IMG/VR virus record: IMGVR_UViG_2541047043_000003
Span: 15,427 to 79,426 of that record
Length of the DNA stretch: 64,000 bases
DNA from: a virus
Taxonomy: Duplodnaviria; Caudoviricetes
Direction: 5' to 3' (one strand)
The notes beneath the pieces are model-generated. The model was not told the origin of the DNA. It did no database searches and worked only from the letters and a program-made list of their open reading frames with translations. Of this stretch, positions 21,098-31,472 are shown piece after piece (position 1 is the first letter of the stretch; every line of letters starts with the position of its first letter). The translations under genes and the position numbers were made by a program.

Positions 21098-21751
21098 ATG
21101 AGAATTCTGGAACCAAATAAACGAGTCACACTTTCGGCGAAATACGAAAGTGAAAGTTATTCTTTCGAGGCGGACATTGCAGATCCGAGTACGGAGCTTG
21201 ATATAGAGATAGGAGTAGCGAAACGATTGGGAGGTGCGTCCTTAGAATCGATTCCAAATACGACGTACGGTTATATATTTGCGATAACGACCCTCGATCA
21301 CGTAATTAAAGAGATACCGCCCGACTTTCCGATCGAAGAGATAGTTTCGTTTGAACAAATACGAGACAAAGAATTCGTATTAAGACTATTTAATGAATAT
21401 AAGAAGAAAGAAAACTGGTTTCGATCGGAGTTAAAAAAAAATAGGGACGCTCGACGCACTCTCAAACGAAAAGAACCTGCTCGATCTTTTTTTAATGAAG
21501 GAGTTTCAAATTCTACCGAAGGGGGTAAGGCATCTGGGGAATCTATTTCTAGAACAAAAGAGGTTTTTGCTGGAGGCGACGTCGAGAGTGGATCTAACGA
21601 GTTTAAAGACCAAAACTCGACTATTGTCGGAGAAAAAACAAGTGGAGAGGATGAAATCGGAGGAGTTTTTAACGAACATAAGCCCGACGCTGATTCGTAT
21701 CCTGGAAGAAGAGGCAGGGTTTTCACAAGAACAGATCCACGCGCAAGGTGA
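21098..21751 (+). CDS. Tail assembly chaperone (G); residues after the A9 run look off-frame
   Basis: Between tube and tape-measure genes; low-complexity tail after ELKK. Confidence 0.7.
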   Translation: MRILEPNKRVTLSAKYESESYSFEADIADPSTELDIEIGVAKRLGGASLESIPNTTYGYIFAITTLDHVIKEIPPDFPIEEIVSFEQIRDKEFVLRLFNEYKKKENWFRSELKKNRDARRTLKRKEPARSFFNEGVSNSTEGGKASGESISRTKEVFAGGDVESGSNEFKDQNSTIVGEKTSGEDEIGGVFNEHKPDADSYPGRRGRVFTRTDPRAR

Positions 21752-21812
21752 ACAAAAAAGGGAAGAGATTTTGAAACGAATCGATGACGAATTAAAAATA
21801 CATGGCCTCTGA
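21435..21812 (+). CDS. Tail chaperone GT extension in the +1 frame
   Basis: Frame opens within the A9 run (21433-21441); LDLFLMKEFQILP motif; overlaps the tape-measure start. Confidence 0.65.
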   Translation, partial: KKIGTLDALSNEKNLLDLFLMKEFQILPKGVRHLGNLFLEQKRFLLEATSRVDLTSLKTKTRLLSEKKQVERMKSEEFLTNISPTLIRILEEEAGFSQEQIHAQGEQKREEILKRIDDELKIHGL

Positions 21813-23484
21813 ATCCTTAGAAATAAAAGTACACGCAAAACCCGATTTTAAGGAAGTCGATCAAGGTTTTGATCGAATCGCCAAAAAATTTAAAAAAGGA
21901 TTCTCTCTTTTTGGAAGTGGCGCGGGTGGAAGTGAAGACCAAAATTCAAAAAACAAAAAATCAAAAAAGAAAAGAAAACTAGAGGCCGCTTCCAAATACG
22001 CGGGGGGAAGTGCGTACGCGTCGAAAATCGGTGCCGACGGATCGGATTTAGACGAAACCGGCCACGGTGGATTTTACAATACTCTTGATAAAAAGATTTC
22101 AGCGGCTAAAGACCTGTTTTCGAAAAAGAAAAAAAAGAAAGAAGAAGACGAGGAAGAAAAGACTTCCTCGACAAAACCGGACTCATTCAAACAACTTCAG
22201 ATCCAAAAATCGGAAATTAAAATCCAACACGCACATTTTGATAAAGGCGGGTTTGGAGGACTTGGGGGAAGCGGTGGAAATACAAATCCAAGTGAAGCGG
22301 GAGAAAGCGGAGGCGGCCTTAAATCCAAATTTCTTTCCGCTTTAGGTGCGACAATTCCGATCGCCGGAGCCGCGTTTGCAGTTGCGGGTGGGGTATTAAA
22401 AACAATCTCAGCAATCGGAGAACAGTACCACGCTTCCATGCAATCGCAAGCGTCTACAATCGGAGCCACAGGCGGATACGTGGGAGGAGGGGGAGGTTAT
22501 TTTTCCAACTCGGAACTTGCACAAGCAAACGTATTTAAAAGTAGAGTGAGTGGGGAAAGTATATACCAAAAAGGTAATTTAATAGATTCAAATACGATTC
22601 AGTTTGCGGCGTCTCAAGGAAAGGGAATTGCAGACGTAGTTAAGGAACTGGAGACGATTCGAAAAGATTCAAAAAATGCGGATTTAGGATATTTAAGGGG
22701 AGGAGCGGCCGCTTCAGGGTTTACAGGACTTAGACAATCCGAATATATATCGAAACTTGCATCAATTTCTGAAAATTTAAGAAACAAAGGCTTTTCCGGC
22801 GACATTTCCGATTTTGCAAAATTTTCATCCGGATTCAATAGAAACGATTCCAAAATGGACCCTTCCAGACGAATGGCTCTCGCGGAAGACCTTTCCAACC
22901 AAGGAAGAAGTGGAGCGTTTGGAGGCGGAATTTTCGGTTCTCTCTCTATGAGTCATGCACTCGGAGCAAACGGAGGGGATATTTTTAAAGCGATAGAGGA
23001 GTCGGAACTAAGTCCCGGAAAATACATGTCGTCCGCGCTTTCAAGTCTTGATCCAAAAACAAGAGGACTTGTTCACAAATTACAGGGTGGAAGTTTTTCG
23101 GAAATGTCGAATATGAGTTTCGGGTACAAAAACTTTTCATCCGACAATTCTCGAATAAGCGCGGGATACAATAAGGGTCTAGAATTAGATAACCGAAAAA
23201 AAGAAACTTTTGCTTCGGACGTAGGAGCGCAAGCCGCCGAAGTTGGGTACAACTTAAATACGGCGATGATTCAAGTTTTTAAAGAAAATAAAAATGCGAT
23301 GCTTGGTTTGACTGAAGTCGTTTCGAATATAGAAACAAAACTTCTTCCGGTAGTATCCACTTCAATTACAGGAATTGTCACGGGAGTAGAAAAGTTGTGC
23401 GAGTACTCAGAACCTGTTTTCGGAGCGATTTCCAAATTAATGTCATTTTCAAATCCGGCCGGTTTTTTAGTTCGTACCAAATAG
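21802..23484 (+). CDS. Tape measure protein (short, 560 aa)
   Basis: Gly/Ala/Ser-rich helical protein after the chaperone genes. Confidence 0.75.
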   Translation: MASESLEIKVHAKPDFKEVDQGFDRIAKKFKKGFSLFGSGAGGSEDQNSKNKKSKKKRKLEAASKYAGGSAYASKIGADGSDLDETGHGGFYNTLDKKISAAKDLFSKKKKKKEEDEEEKTSSTKPDSFKQLQIQKSEIKIQHAHFDKGGFGGLGGSGGNTNPSEAGESGGGLKSKFLSALGATIPIAGAAFAVAGGVLKTISAIGEQYHASMQSQASTIGATGGYVGGGGGYFSNSELAQANVFKSRVSGESIYQKGNLIDSNTIQFAASQGKGIADVVKELETIRKDSKNADLGYLRGGAAASGFTGLRQSEYISKLASISENLRNKGFSGDISDFAKFSSGFNRNDSKMDPSRRMALAEDLSNQGRSGAFGGGIFGSLSMSHALGANGGDIFKAIEESELSPGKYMSSALSSLDPKTRGLVHKLQGGSFSEMSNMSFGYKNFSSDNSRISAGYNKGLELDNRKKETFASDVGAQAAEVGYNLNTAMIQVFKENKNAMLGLTEVVSNIETKLLPVVSTSITGIVTGVEKLCEYSEPVFGAISKLMSFSNPAGFLVRTK

Positions 23485-23521
23485 AAACTTCCGATTTTTA
23501 ATTTCGTTTTAATCTTTCGAA

Positions 23522-23911
23522 ATGGAAATCCACCGAGTACTATTTCAATTATTCCAAAGAAACGGCGTCTCGATTGAAAGAGAAGTAGAGGAGTTTGCCG
23601 CAGAGTTTCAAGTACAACAACCTCAAAAACTAACCAAAGCGTTTAAACAATCGGACAATTTGGTCGCGATTCCGATTCCTTCCGGAATTGCGTTTAAATA
23701 CGTATTGATCCTTGGCACATACCTTGCAGACGACACCGCAATCGGCGTAAAAAAAGGAGACCCCGCACCGATTGTAGTTCGACTAAACGGGTCCGCACAA
23801 GACCATCCTCTTCCTCAAGGCTTTATGACCTGGAGCGGCGGACTTAATTCTCTAAGAGTCGCAACTACGTATGACACGAATCAAATACTCGTGGAAGTAT
23901 ATCTAGGATAA
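23522..23911 (+). CDS. Phage structural protein (hypothetical)
   Basis: 129 aa, beta-rich; coupled to the next gene. Confidence 0.55.
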   Translation: MEIHRVLFQLFQRNGVSIEREVEEFAAEFQVQQPQKLTKAFKQSDNLVAIPIPSGIAFKYVLILGTYLADDTAIGVKKGDPAPIVVRLNGSAQDHPLPQGFMTWSGGLNSLRVATTYDTNQILVEVYLG

Positions 23912-25416
23912 TGAATGGCGTATTTCATTTCCTACTGAAAGGGATCGCAACCCAAGTTAGTTTCGGAAAAAAAGGACCGAGTTTAAAAGCGACACCTTCC
24001 GGATTTGAAGTACGTCTTCCGGACGACTCAGGACTTACGCACCTAAAAGTTGCAAGCCCGCTACAAGGAGACGACGCGGTAAATCTAGATTGGGTAAGAA
24101 ACGAAGTACTCGCAAATTGGAATACACCCGTTCAAAACCTGGAGGAACTTCGTAGAATTCCAGTACAAGAAAGAAGGGACAAACAAATCAGGGAAGTTGA
24201 AGACGAACTTACCCTCTACCAATTCGATTCAGAGTCTTTTGCCAATGTTCCCGATCCAGTCGATCCTTTACGCACAATTCTTCCAAACGATTTAAACGTG
24301 CAAAGTCCCGGAAGATGGCTAAAAACGACAGCCCGTAATTCTCTTCATTCTCAACTCATCGGGTTATCTGCAAACGACCATCCACAGTACGAACTTAGGT
24401 CCGAAAAAAATTTACCCGGCGGATATCCGGGACTCAGTACGGATTCAAATAACCCGGGAATTGAAATCCTTTCCGAAGAAACGGTAAGTGTTTTGAAGTC
24501 GGATGCTTCTCAAAGTAGAGAATATCTTTTACCGGATATCTCGGGGACGCTCGCACTCGATAACGTATTTTTAGGAGCAACTGAGCTTTCAAACGGAAAC
24601 AAGGGACTCGTTCCGGCACCACAAGTTTTAGACAGAGAAAAGTTTTTGTCGGGAGACGGAAGCTGGAGAACAAATTTCGGTTCTTTAAAGAACTCATCCG
24701 TTAAATCTTCCCCCTATACCGCCACCAAATACGAACGGGTTCTTTGCGACGTAACAAGCGGGGGGTTCCCTGTTTTTTTACCGCAAAATCCAAACGACAA
24801 TATCGTAGTCGCAATATTAGACGTTTCTAATTTAGCAGGCACGAATCCGATCACACTCCTTCGAAACGGTGAAAAAATCGAAAACTTAGAAGAGGACTGG
24901 CAGCTTGATTTAGACGGAGGTTCGTTTGAACTTATCTACTCTTTAGAAAGAAGGAGTTGGTATTTTTTAGGAACACCCGCAACTTCCAATCTTGCTACGA
25001 CAAACGGATTTTTAACTAACACTCCGACGTTTGAAGAAGTAAGCATCGCGCCTTCTGCAAGATCGGTTAAAGAATATATCGAAGCCCAAAATATAGCGAT
25101 CTTTCAACTGATTTCACAAATAGGTGTTTTTCTTTTCGGAGGTAATTTTGCGCCTCAAGGAACGATGAAAAAGAACGCATTTTTCGAAGGAACGACAAAC
25201 GGAAGCGGTCAATGTATTATCAACACCGGTCTTTCCAATTCCATCCTCGCCGTTTTTGCATGCGTTTCGGATAACGCGGGTAAATGGTATTTTCTTCCGC
25301 CTTCGGGAACTACAGCCGCCGGGTATTTCGACAATCAAGGATACGTTACAATTCAGTTTACGGGAAGCTCTACATTTTATAACCGGAATGTTCGTATCGT
25401 GGTTGAATACAAATGA
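23911..25416 (+). CDS. Fibre-like virion protein
   Basis: DDAVNLDWV, DHPQY, GLVPAP..FLSGDGSW and DVTSGGF.V.LP fibre motifs. Confidence 0.65.
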   Translation: MNGVFHFLLKGIATQVSFGKKGPSLKATPSGFEVRLPDDSGLTHLKVASPLQGDDAVNLDWVRNEVLANWNTPVQNLEELRRIPVQERRDKQIREVEDELTLYQFDSESFANVPDPVDPLRTILPNDLNVQSPGRWLKTTARNSLHSQLIGLSANDHPQYELRSEKNLPGGYPGLSTDSNNPGIEILSEETVSVLKSDASQSREYLLPDISGTLALDNVFLGATELSNGNKGLVPAPQVLDREKFLSGDGSWRTNFGSLKNSSVKSSPYTATKYERVLCDVTSGGFPVFLPQNPNDNIVVAILDVSNLAGTNPITLLRNGEKIENLEEDWQLDLDGGSFELIYSLERRSWYFLGTPATSNLATTNGFLTNTPTFEEVSIAPSARSVKEYIEAQNIAIFQLISQIGVFLFGGNFAPQGTMKKNAFFEGTTNGSGQCIINTGLSNSILAVFACVSDNAGKWYFLPPSGTTAAGYFDNQGYVTIQFTGSSTFYNRNVRIVVEYK

Positions 25417-26774
25417 AATCTTTTAAAAACGATTTTTTAAAGGACAATCAAATCCGTGAGTATGTGGATTCTAAAATTTTAAATGAGATTGTCGCAAGAA
25501 ATACCGCTCTTTCCTTACTTCAAACCCAAATTTTAACAAAAATAAACTTTACCGAAAAAGGCGTGCCTTTAGGCGTTGCAACTCTTGGGTCCGACGGATT
25601 CCTTTTATCCAACCAAAGACCGCCGGTTCCATTATCCACAAATGTATTTGTCTTTAGACCGGGCGAGGTTTCTCCAAACGAAAATGTATATTCCACTTGG
25701 GTAACTTTTCGCTCCGCATTTGTCTCAAAAAAAGGTCTTAAATTTTTACAATTCGACGATTCCCTTCAAGGTATCTCAATCCCTCCGGAGAATATTGATT
25801 TTTCGGAATGTATTTTACTTTCTAGGTATAAAAAGCAAATTCCTACTGCTATTAACTTTGCCTCCGGATTTTTAGTGAGTGCGTGGCCGATAGATGTTCA
25901 AGGATTAAAACTAAACTTTTCTTCTCATTTTTTTGATAACGGAGGATCAACTTCACTTTCCCTTTCTGATTCCGTTCTCGAATATACCGGAACGGAAACA
26001 GGAATGGATTTTTTTTCGGGTTCTTTGTCGGTTTTTTTAAAAAACTCTAAAATAGTCGGAAACGGAAGAACCGTTTTTTCATTAGGAAACAGATCCATTC
26101 AGATATTTGGAATATCAGGATCTTGTAATGTTGAGGCCGGTTGTATTCAAGGGGGAGATAGCTCCACAATGACCATTACAAATTTAGGTTCGGTTTTAAC
26201 CTCCGGCAATTCCTTTGTAGGCATTCAAGGATCGTTTCTTGGTACAAAATCCGAATCCGATCTCTCCCACGTATTCGAAAAAACATTAATTTCCAAGGGT
26301 CAACTTGTAACACGGGACTCTTCAGGAAATTTTATTTCGGTTTCCCCCGGACTTAATAATGAGATTCTAATCTTTGATTCAAACTCGCAAGGCGGATTTA
26401 AACCTGCGTCAATCGGTAGTCTTTTTTCTCTTCCAGGAATGAAGACATTATCCGATTTTGTTCGTCAATCTTCTCCTCTTACAAGTCTTCTTTCTGCGGG
26501 AAGTAAGACACTCGACTGTTCAGCCTCGAATCTGTTTCGAATCACCGGGGGAAACGCTACGATCACGTTTTCAAATATGACTGAAAACGAAGTTGTAAAT
26601 GTCGTTCTGGAATCTACGGGTTCCTCGTATACAATTACCTGGTCTGGAGGAACGTTTCTTTGGGCGGGTGCGAGTATTCCGACACCGACCTTAGCTTCAG
26701 GAAGAAAAGACTTTTATTCTTTTATAAAAGTCGGAGGTTCTATTTATTCCTCCTGTATTTTGAATATGGGTTAA
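25413..26774 (+). CDS. Fibre-like virion protein
   Basis: KGVPLGVATLGSDG, KGQLVTRD and C-terminal ITW...W.G...PT....KDFYSF motifs. Confidence 0.65.
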   Translation: MKSFKNDFLKDNQIREYVDSKILNEIVARNTALSLLQTQILTKINFTEKGVPLGVATLGSDGFLLSNQRPPVPLSTNVFVFRPGEVSPNENVYSTWVTFRSAFVSKKGLKFLQFDDSLQGISIPPENIDFSECILLSRYKKQIPTAINFASGFLVSAWPIDVQGLKLNFSSHFFDNGGSTSLSLSDSVLEYTGTETGMDFFSGSLSVFLKNSKIVGNGRTVFSLGNRSIQIFGISGSCNVEAGCIQGGDSSTMTITNLGSVLTSGNSFVGIQGSFLGTKSESDLSHVFEKTLISKGQLVTRDSSGNFISVSPGLNNEILIFDSNSQGGFKPASIGSLFSLPGMKTLSDFVRQSSPLTSLLSAGSKTLDCSASNLFRITGGNATITFSNMTENEVVNVVLESTGSSYTITWSGGTFLWAGASIPTPTLASGRKDFYSFIKVGGSIYSSCILNMG

Positions 26775-26778
26775 GCGA

Positions 26779-27930
26779 ATGTTTTTACCGTTCGCCCATT
26801 TTCAAATACCAAAAACAAAACCGATCGTAGATTCGGGTTTTCCGGTAAGCGAGGCCAATTGGGCCGTATATGCTATGGCATTGAGTGGAAATAAAATATT
26901 TATTGCAGGTGCATTTACAAGTATAGGGGGAGTTTCAAGAAACAAAATCGCGGCGTTGGACTCAAACAGTGGAGAAATACTTCCTCTTTTTCAAGGACTA
27001 CAAGGTGCAAACGGAACTGTAACCGCGATGATCGTTGTCGGAAGTATGCTCGTTATCGGAGGTAGTTTCACATCCGTAAACGGAGTGGCGCGTAACGGAA
27101 TCGCCGCACTCGATCTTAGTAACGCAAACGTACTACCCTGGTATCCAAACGGTGGAATTGCAGGAGGTTCTTTGACGGTTAACGACTTTTGCGTTAAAAA
27201 CAATTCACTTTACCTTTGCGGGAATTTTACAAGTATCGGAGGAGTTTCAAGAAACGGAATCGCGGCCCTTGATGTTACTACGGCCGGTGTTTTGTCTTGG
27301 TACCCAAACGGAGGAGTTTTAGGCGGTGAAGGTTACAGGCTTTTACTTTCTTCGGATACAAACAAGGTGTATATAGGGGGAAGTTTTACTCAAATCGGCG
27401 GGGTCGGTCGGGAAAAAATCGCGGCTTTTGACGCAAGTACTGGAAGCGTCATTGGCACTTGGGGACCCACAAGTCCACCCGCGGGAGCCGGGGCTTCCCC
27501 TCATGTAAAAGACATGGTACAAATCGGGAACACTCTTTTTATCGGAGGGGCATTTGGTGTAATTTCAGGTCAAGGACGGCTCGGATTTGCGGCGTTAAAC
27601 GCAAATACGGGTACGTTACTCGACCTTTATCCCACAAACCTCGGCGGAGACGCGGTCAAACCTAATATTATGACTTTTGCAAGTAAAAATAACCAACTCC
27701 ACTTTGCCGGTTTTTTTTCTTCGGTAGGCGGTGAAACTAGGCTTTCGATTGCCTGTTTGGATGCGGTTACAATGCAAGTTCTACCTTGGTATCCTCCGTC
27801 TGGAGTCGGGAATCTTACTTCCAAGGTATCCAAAGGTTTTTCCTTTTTAGACAATACTTGGTGGTTAAACGGTAATTTTCAAAGTATGGGTGGAATTACT
27901 TGTAACAATTTGGTAAAACTCAATCTCTAA
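26779..27930 (+). CDS. Beta-propeller protein, putative receptor-binding protein
   Basis: About seven repeats of GGxFTSIGGVxRNxIAALD. Confidence 0.75.
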   Translation: MFLPFAHFQIPKTKPIVDSGFPVSEANWAVYAMALSGNKIFIAGAFTSIGGVSRNKIAALDSNSGEILPLFQGLQGANGTVTAMIVVGSMLVIGGSFTSVNGVARNGIAALDLSNANVLPWYPNGGIAGGSLTVNDFCVKNNSLYLCGNFTSIGGVSRNGIAALDVTTAGVLSWYPNGGVLGGEGYRLLLSSDTNKVYIGGSFTQIGGVGREKIAAFDASTGSVIGTWGPTSPPAGAGASPHVKDMVQIGNTLFIGGAFGVISGQGRLGFAALNANTGTLLDLYPTNLGGDAVKPNIMTFASKNNQLHFAGFFSSVGGETRLSIACLDAVTMQVLPWYPPSGVGNLTSKVSKGFSFLDNTWWLNGNFQSMGGITCNNLVKLNL

Positions 27931-29546
27931 AAAACAAGATCCGCATCCTTTTCTTCCTCTTCTTCAAAGTCAAATCCATCGTCGTTCTCTAAATCCTCCG
28001 AATATCCCGAATCGGAATATTCCGTTTCAGGATCTTTTGATTCGAGCTGTTGGTTTGATTGCTGCATCATTTGAAAATTCTGTTGAAAAATCGGATTTAA
28101 AATTACCGCTCCGGCCATTTTATATTCTTCCTCGCTGACACCGTAGAGATCGGCCAGGGTTTCCGCGATTGTAGGTTCATCTTGTGCAATTCGGATTTCG
28201 TCGATTAGTTTCCAGTTTGAAACCTCGTCTTTTAATTTGGAAAGTTTGTCTTTTTCATCTTCCGGATTTTTTCCTGTGAAATCGCATACGATTCCCGCGA
28301 AATCATCTTCTCTAAATTCCCGTATCCTGTTAAATGAGGCTTCGAAGTAGGTTAAAAGAGAAAGACTCGCTCGGTTCATCGAGAGTTTACTTTTTCCAAC
28401 CTGATTGCCTTCCGAAAAAGTAGCCTGGGAACCGGTGAGTCTAAGCCCAAGTTCGGACTGATCCATTCCGTGGCCCATTAGTACGAAAGAAACGCACCAT
28501 TGCATGAGTTCCTTGAAGAGCATATCGTTTGGAATATTAAGAGGAGTCCATCTTACTTCCCCGGCGGAAGTTCCGATGATGGGGATTCCGTGAGAGTCGT
28601 CAAGGCCCGAAACCATTTCCTGCCACTGTAGTTGTAACGACTCGATTACTTCTTGCGTAGCGTCTCCCTGAAAACTCATGAACCCTTGTGGGTGTAGTCT
28701 TGAAAAAGTATCCCGATTGAATTTAAGGGATCTGATTACTCCGATTAAATCCAAAATACACGCTTCGAGCGGTGAAAATCCGAATCCCCGAAGGGATACG
28801 TCCGAGATATGATTTTTGTGAAACCACAGAATTTCGTTTTCTGAGAAAGTTTCGACTACGTTGTCGTCTATAATCTGTACAAATGCGATACTTTTGTCGC
28901 TACGATAACCCTTGTTTCTGTCTACGGGAAAAATCGTTGCCGGATCTAGGTATCTGATTTCAATGAGTTTATTAAAAGAATTGTATATTAGAAAAAAGGC
29001 GATACTGTCGATCGTGAGAGTATCCCTTAGCATCATCTCAAAGACGGACCCTAGATGGTCTCTATTGGCCCAACCGGGGGTTAAATCCCCCATTTTTTCA
29101 AAAAACCTACCGCACGATTTCATCTTAGAAAGGATTTCTTCGTCCACTTCGTCGTCTTCGTTTTCAGTCCGAAACCAAAGTCCGGTTTTTTTACTAATTC
29201 GTGCAAACCGACTTAGTTCCTCGACTCTTACGGTGTGTATCGCCGATATGATCGATGTCGTGTAACTTGCGTTTCTTAGCTGGGTAAAAGGGATTCTCCA
29301 AGTGGGCCGAAGTTGTACGCCGTCTCTGATTTGATTTATTTGGTCGTAGGTATATACCGGATTTCTTCCCGCGAGTTTTTCCGAATTTATCTGATTAAAA
29401 AATGATTTTGCTAAAGTAAGTAGGTGTTGGTTTATTTTTTCAGGTTTTACTACGTTTTCGTTTGAGTTTACAAGCCTTTGTCGTTTGGCTAAATTTTTCT
29501 CGTAATCGTTTCCTCGAGGGCGGCCGTTTTTTAAATTCACAATCAA
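27927..29546 (-). CDS. Portal protein (probable GTG start at 29540)
   Basis: RDTLTID, YLDPATIF, FVQII, GFGFSPLE and MDQSELGL motifs. Confidence 0.9.
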   Translation of the reverse strand: MIVNLKNGRPRGNDYEKNLAKRQRLVNSNENVVKPEKINQHLLTLAKSFFNQINSEKLAGRNPVYTYDQINQIRDGVQLRPTWRIPFTQLRNASYTTSIISAIHTVRVEELSRFARISKKTGLWFRTENEDDEVDEEILSKMKSCGRFFEKMGDLTPGWANRDHLGSVFEMMLRDTLTIDSIAFFLIYNSFNKLIEIRYLDPATIFPVDRNKGYRSDKSIAFVQIIDDNVVETFSENEILWFHKNHISDVSLRGFGFSPLEACILDLIGVIRSLKFNRDTFSRLHPQGFMSFQGDATQEVIESLQLQWQEMVSGLDDSHGIPIIGTSAGEVRWTPLNIPNDMLFKELMQWCVSFVLMGHGMDQSELGLRLTGSQATFSEGNQVGKSKLSMNRASLSLLTYFEASFNRIREFREDDFAGIVCDFTGKNPEDEKDKLSKLKDEVSNWKLIDEIRIAQDEPTIAETLADLYGVSEEEYKMAGAVILNPIFQQNFQMMQQSNQQLESKDPETEYSDSGYSEDLENDDGFDFEEEEEKDADLVF

Positions 29547-29578
29547 GAATTTAGTTTAAAACGTAAATATCGGAAGGA

Positions 29579-29610
29579 GGTTTTTCCGGGTTTTTCCGCC
29601 GGAAAAACCC
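29579..29610. promoter_or_regulatory. Inverted and direct repeat in the divergent intergenic region
   Basis: gggtttttccg-c-cggaaaaaccc plus an extra ggtttttccg copy. Confidence 0.5.
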
Positions 29611-29685
29611 CTTTTTACCAAGGTTTGTACTTTTAAAATTTAACTTAATTTTTCCGATATTTTCTTTCTTTGTTATCTTTTCTTT

Positions 29686-29991
29686 ATGCCTAAAAAATCG
29701 ATTACTCTTCAAGACTTTAGCCGTCTTGAATTTCAAAATCAGTTTACTCTACCGGGGAATGCGGTTTTAAATTCACCCGATCGGCTCTATTACGTTACCG
29801 GTATATACGCAAACGGCGCGTGGAAGATATTCGTCAAAGGAAATAACGCAGACGCAAATCTTCAAAACTACATAAGGTCTGGAAACGGAGACATTCAGTT
29901 TTTTCGTCCAATTTGTGCGTGTGAAGCTTCCTTTTCGGGTGTAACCGAAGTTTCCGGCTTTTGGACGGATAGCAGTCTTTCCTCCCACTAA
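29686..29991 (+). CDS. Hypothetical phage protein
   Basis: 101-aa ORF behind a CCGATA promoter-like motif. Confidence 0.65.
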   Translation: MPKKSITLQDFSRLEFQNQFTLPGNAVLNSPDRLYYVTGIYANGAWKIFVKGNNADANLQNYIRSGNGDIQFFRPICACEASFSGVTEVSGFWTDSSLSSH

Positions 29992-29997
29992 AAGATT

Positions 29998-30462
29998 ATG
30001 TTTAAAAACTCTAACTCCTTAGTAAAAAAGAAAGTGCTCGTCCACGGTAAAGCGGGCGACTACATGGCGTTTCGTAATACGAAGACGGGTAGTGATACCC
30101 TTACTCCCCGTGAAAAAAAAGTGGAACAAGCGCGTCATGAGAGAAATAAAATTTCCTATTCCAAAAACCTTTCCGAAAAAGAAAAAACCTTAATCGAGGA
30201 AATGACACAAAGACATTTACAATTCGAATCGGAAGCAAAAGAACAAAGAAAAACGTACGGAAGCGGTCCTAAGATTCCGAAACCCGGTATGATTATGCGT
30301 GTGTATGCAAAAGGAAAAGTGAATGTGGGTGGTATGCTTGCAAAAGTCAAAGAAATCGCACACGACGGCAAAACCGTAGTTTGCGAACTTACCTCCGGCA
30401 AAATCTACAGTTTAAGTTTAGAGCACTTAGAATTCGCTAAATCCAAACTCTTTTCCGATTAA
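29998..30462 (+). CDS. Basic phage protein with KOW/SH3-like C-terminus
   Basis: PKPGMIMRV..G...GMLAKVKEI pattern; ends EFAKSK. Confidence 0.55.
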   Translation: MFKNSNSLVKKKVLVHGKAGDYMAFRNTKTGSDTLTPREKKVEQARHERNKISYSKNLSEKEKTLIEEMTQRHLQFESEAKEQRKTYGSGPKIPKPGMIMRVYAKGKVNVGGMLAKVKEIAHDGKTVVCELTSGKIYSLSLEHLEFAKSKLFSD

Positions 30463-30509
30463 ACTTTTTTAATGTATATTAAAAAAATGAAATTTTTATT
30501 CATCAATTC

Positions 30510-31472
30510 TTGTATTCCAAAAAGTTTTCTTTGACTTACGGTTTTGGCGGGGACTTAAACAAACAGTCCGAAGACTATGAGTATCATGATCTTTCCGCCC
30601 GTATCTATCCGGAGCTTGAAAAAAAAGGAGAGATACTTCCCGGTTGGGGTACTCTTATTCATCCGGACGAGCTTCGTCGTATTATGTTCTACGGGAACGA
30701 ACCACTTCTGACTACGAGAGGCTCTCAGTTAGAGGACTTCCAGTTAAAAAATTGGTGCGACCAAACCGTTCGCGCATTCGCTTCTGAAATCGATTGGGAT
30801 ATTTACCCTAGACTTTTTCGGTCCCGGCCACTTGTCGGTCAAAGCGGAAGATTTGATTTAGAACCTCGAACCGGAAGGATCGAAGATTATGCGGAGTGGG
30901 ACGATAGCTATGACTACGACGTTTCTAAAAATTCGAACTTCTTTTTAAAACTAAGAAGAAAGAACCTTTGCTGTCTTCACAAGTGGGTCTTAACTCTTCC
31001 CTGGAGCGGGAATACGGTTTTAGATCTTACAAACCGCGCAACGATTCAATACAAAACCGGAATCTTGCGCGCGGTCTATTCTAGGATTCCTTTTGGTAAT
31101 ACCGGCATTTCTCAAATCGGAATTCAAGGCTACAGGGCTTTGGACCAAAATTCCACCAACTTACCCGGTGCCTATCAAGTCGATTACACGACCGGATACG
31201 ACCACGCAACACGAGTTCCGAGTGAACTTAAAAGTCAAATTCTAAAGTATTTTTCGATATGTCTTTTATCTTCCTACGGAGAAGGAATCATCGGAGGGGT
31301 TGCCAATTATTCTACTTCCTTAGGCGTTATTTCGGAATCTATTGGAACTACAATGTCCGCTGAAAACGCATTTTTTGGAGCGCGAATCAAACAATTTACC
31401 AACGAACTAAACGAGTGGTGGAAAAAAAGTAAAATCCGTTATACCGGAATTTCTTTTGGAGCTTTGGGCTAA
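30510..31472 (+). CDS. Head-tail adaptor/neck protein (putative)
   Basis: VDYTTGY, GGVANYSTSLG.ISES and FFGARIKQ motifs. Confidence 0.65.
   Translation: MYSKKFSLTYGFGGDLNKQSEDYEYHDLSARIYPELEKKGEILPGWGTLIHPDELRRIMFYGNEPLLTTRGSQLEDFQLKNWCDQTVRAFASEIDWDIYPRLFRSRPLVGQSGRFDLEPRTGRIEDYAEWDDSYDYDVSKNSNFFLKLRRKNLCCLHKWVLTLPWSGNTVLDLTNRATIQYKTGILRAVYSRIPFGNTGISQIGIQGYRALDQNSTNLPGAYQVDYTTGYDHATRVPSELKSQILKYFSICLLSSYGEGIIGGVANYSTSLGVISESIGTTMSAENAFFGARIKQFTNELNEWWKKSKIRYTGISFGALG

Noticed and set aside
30487-30534. 15-codon ORF placed at the CCGATT motif and overlapping the 30510 start
   Set aside because: Too short to judge; could be chance or an indel
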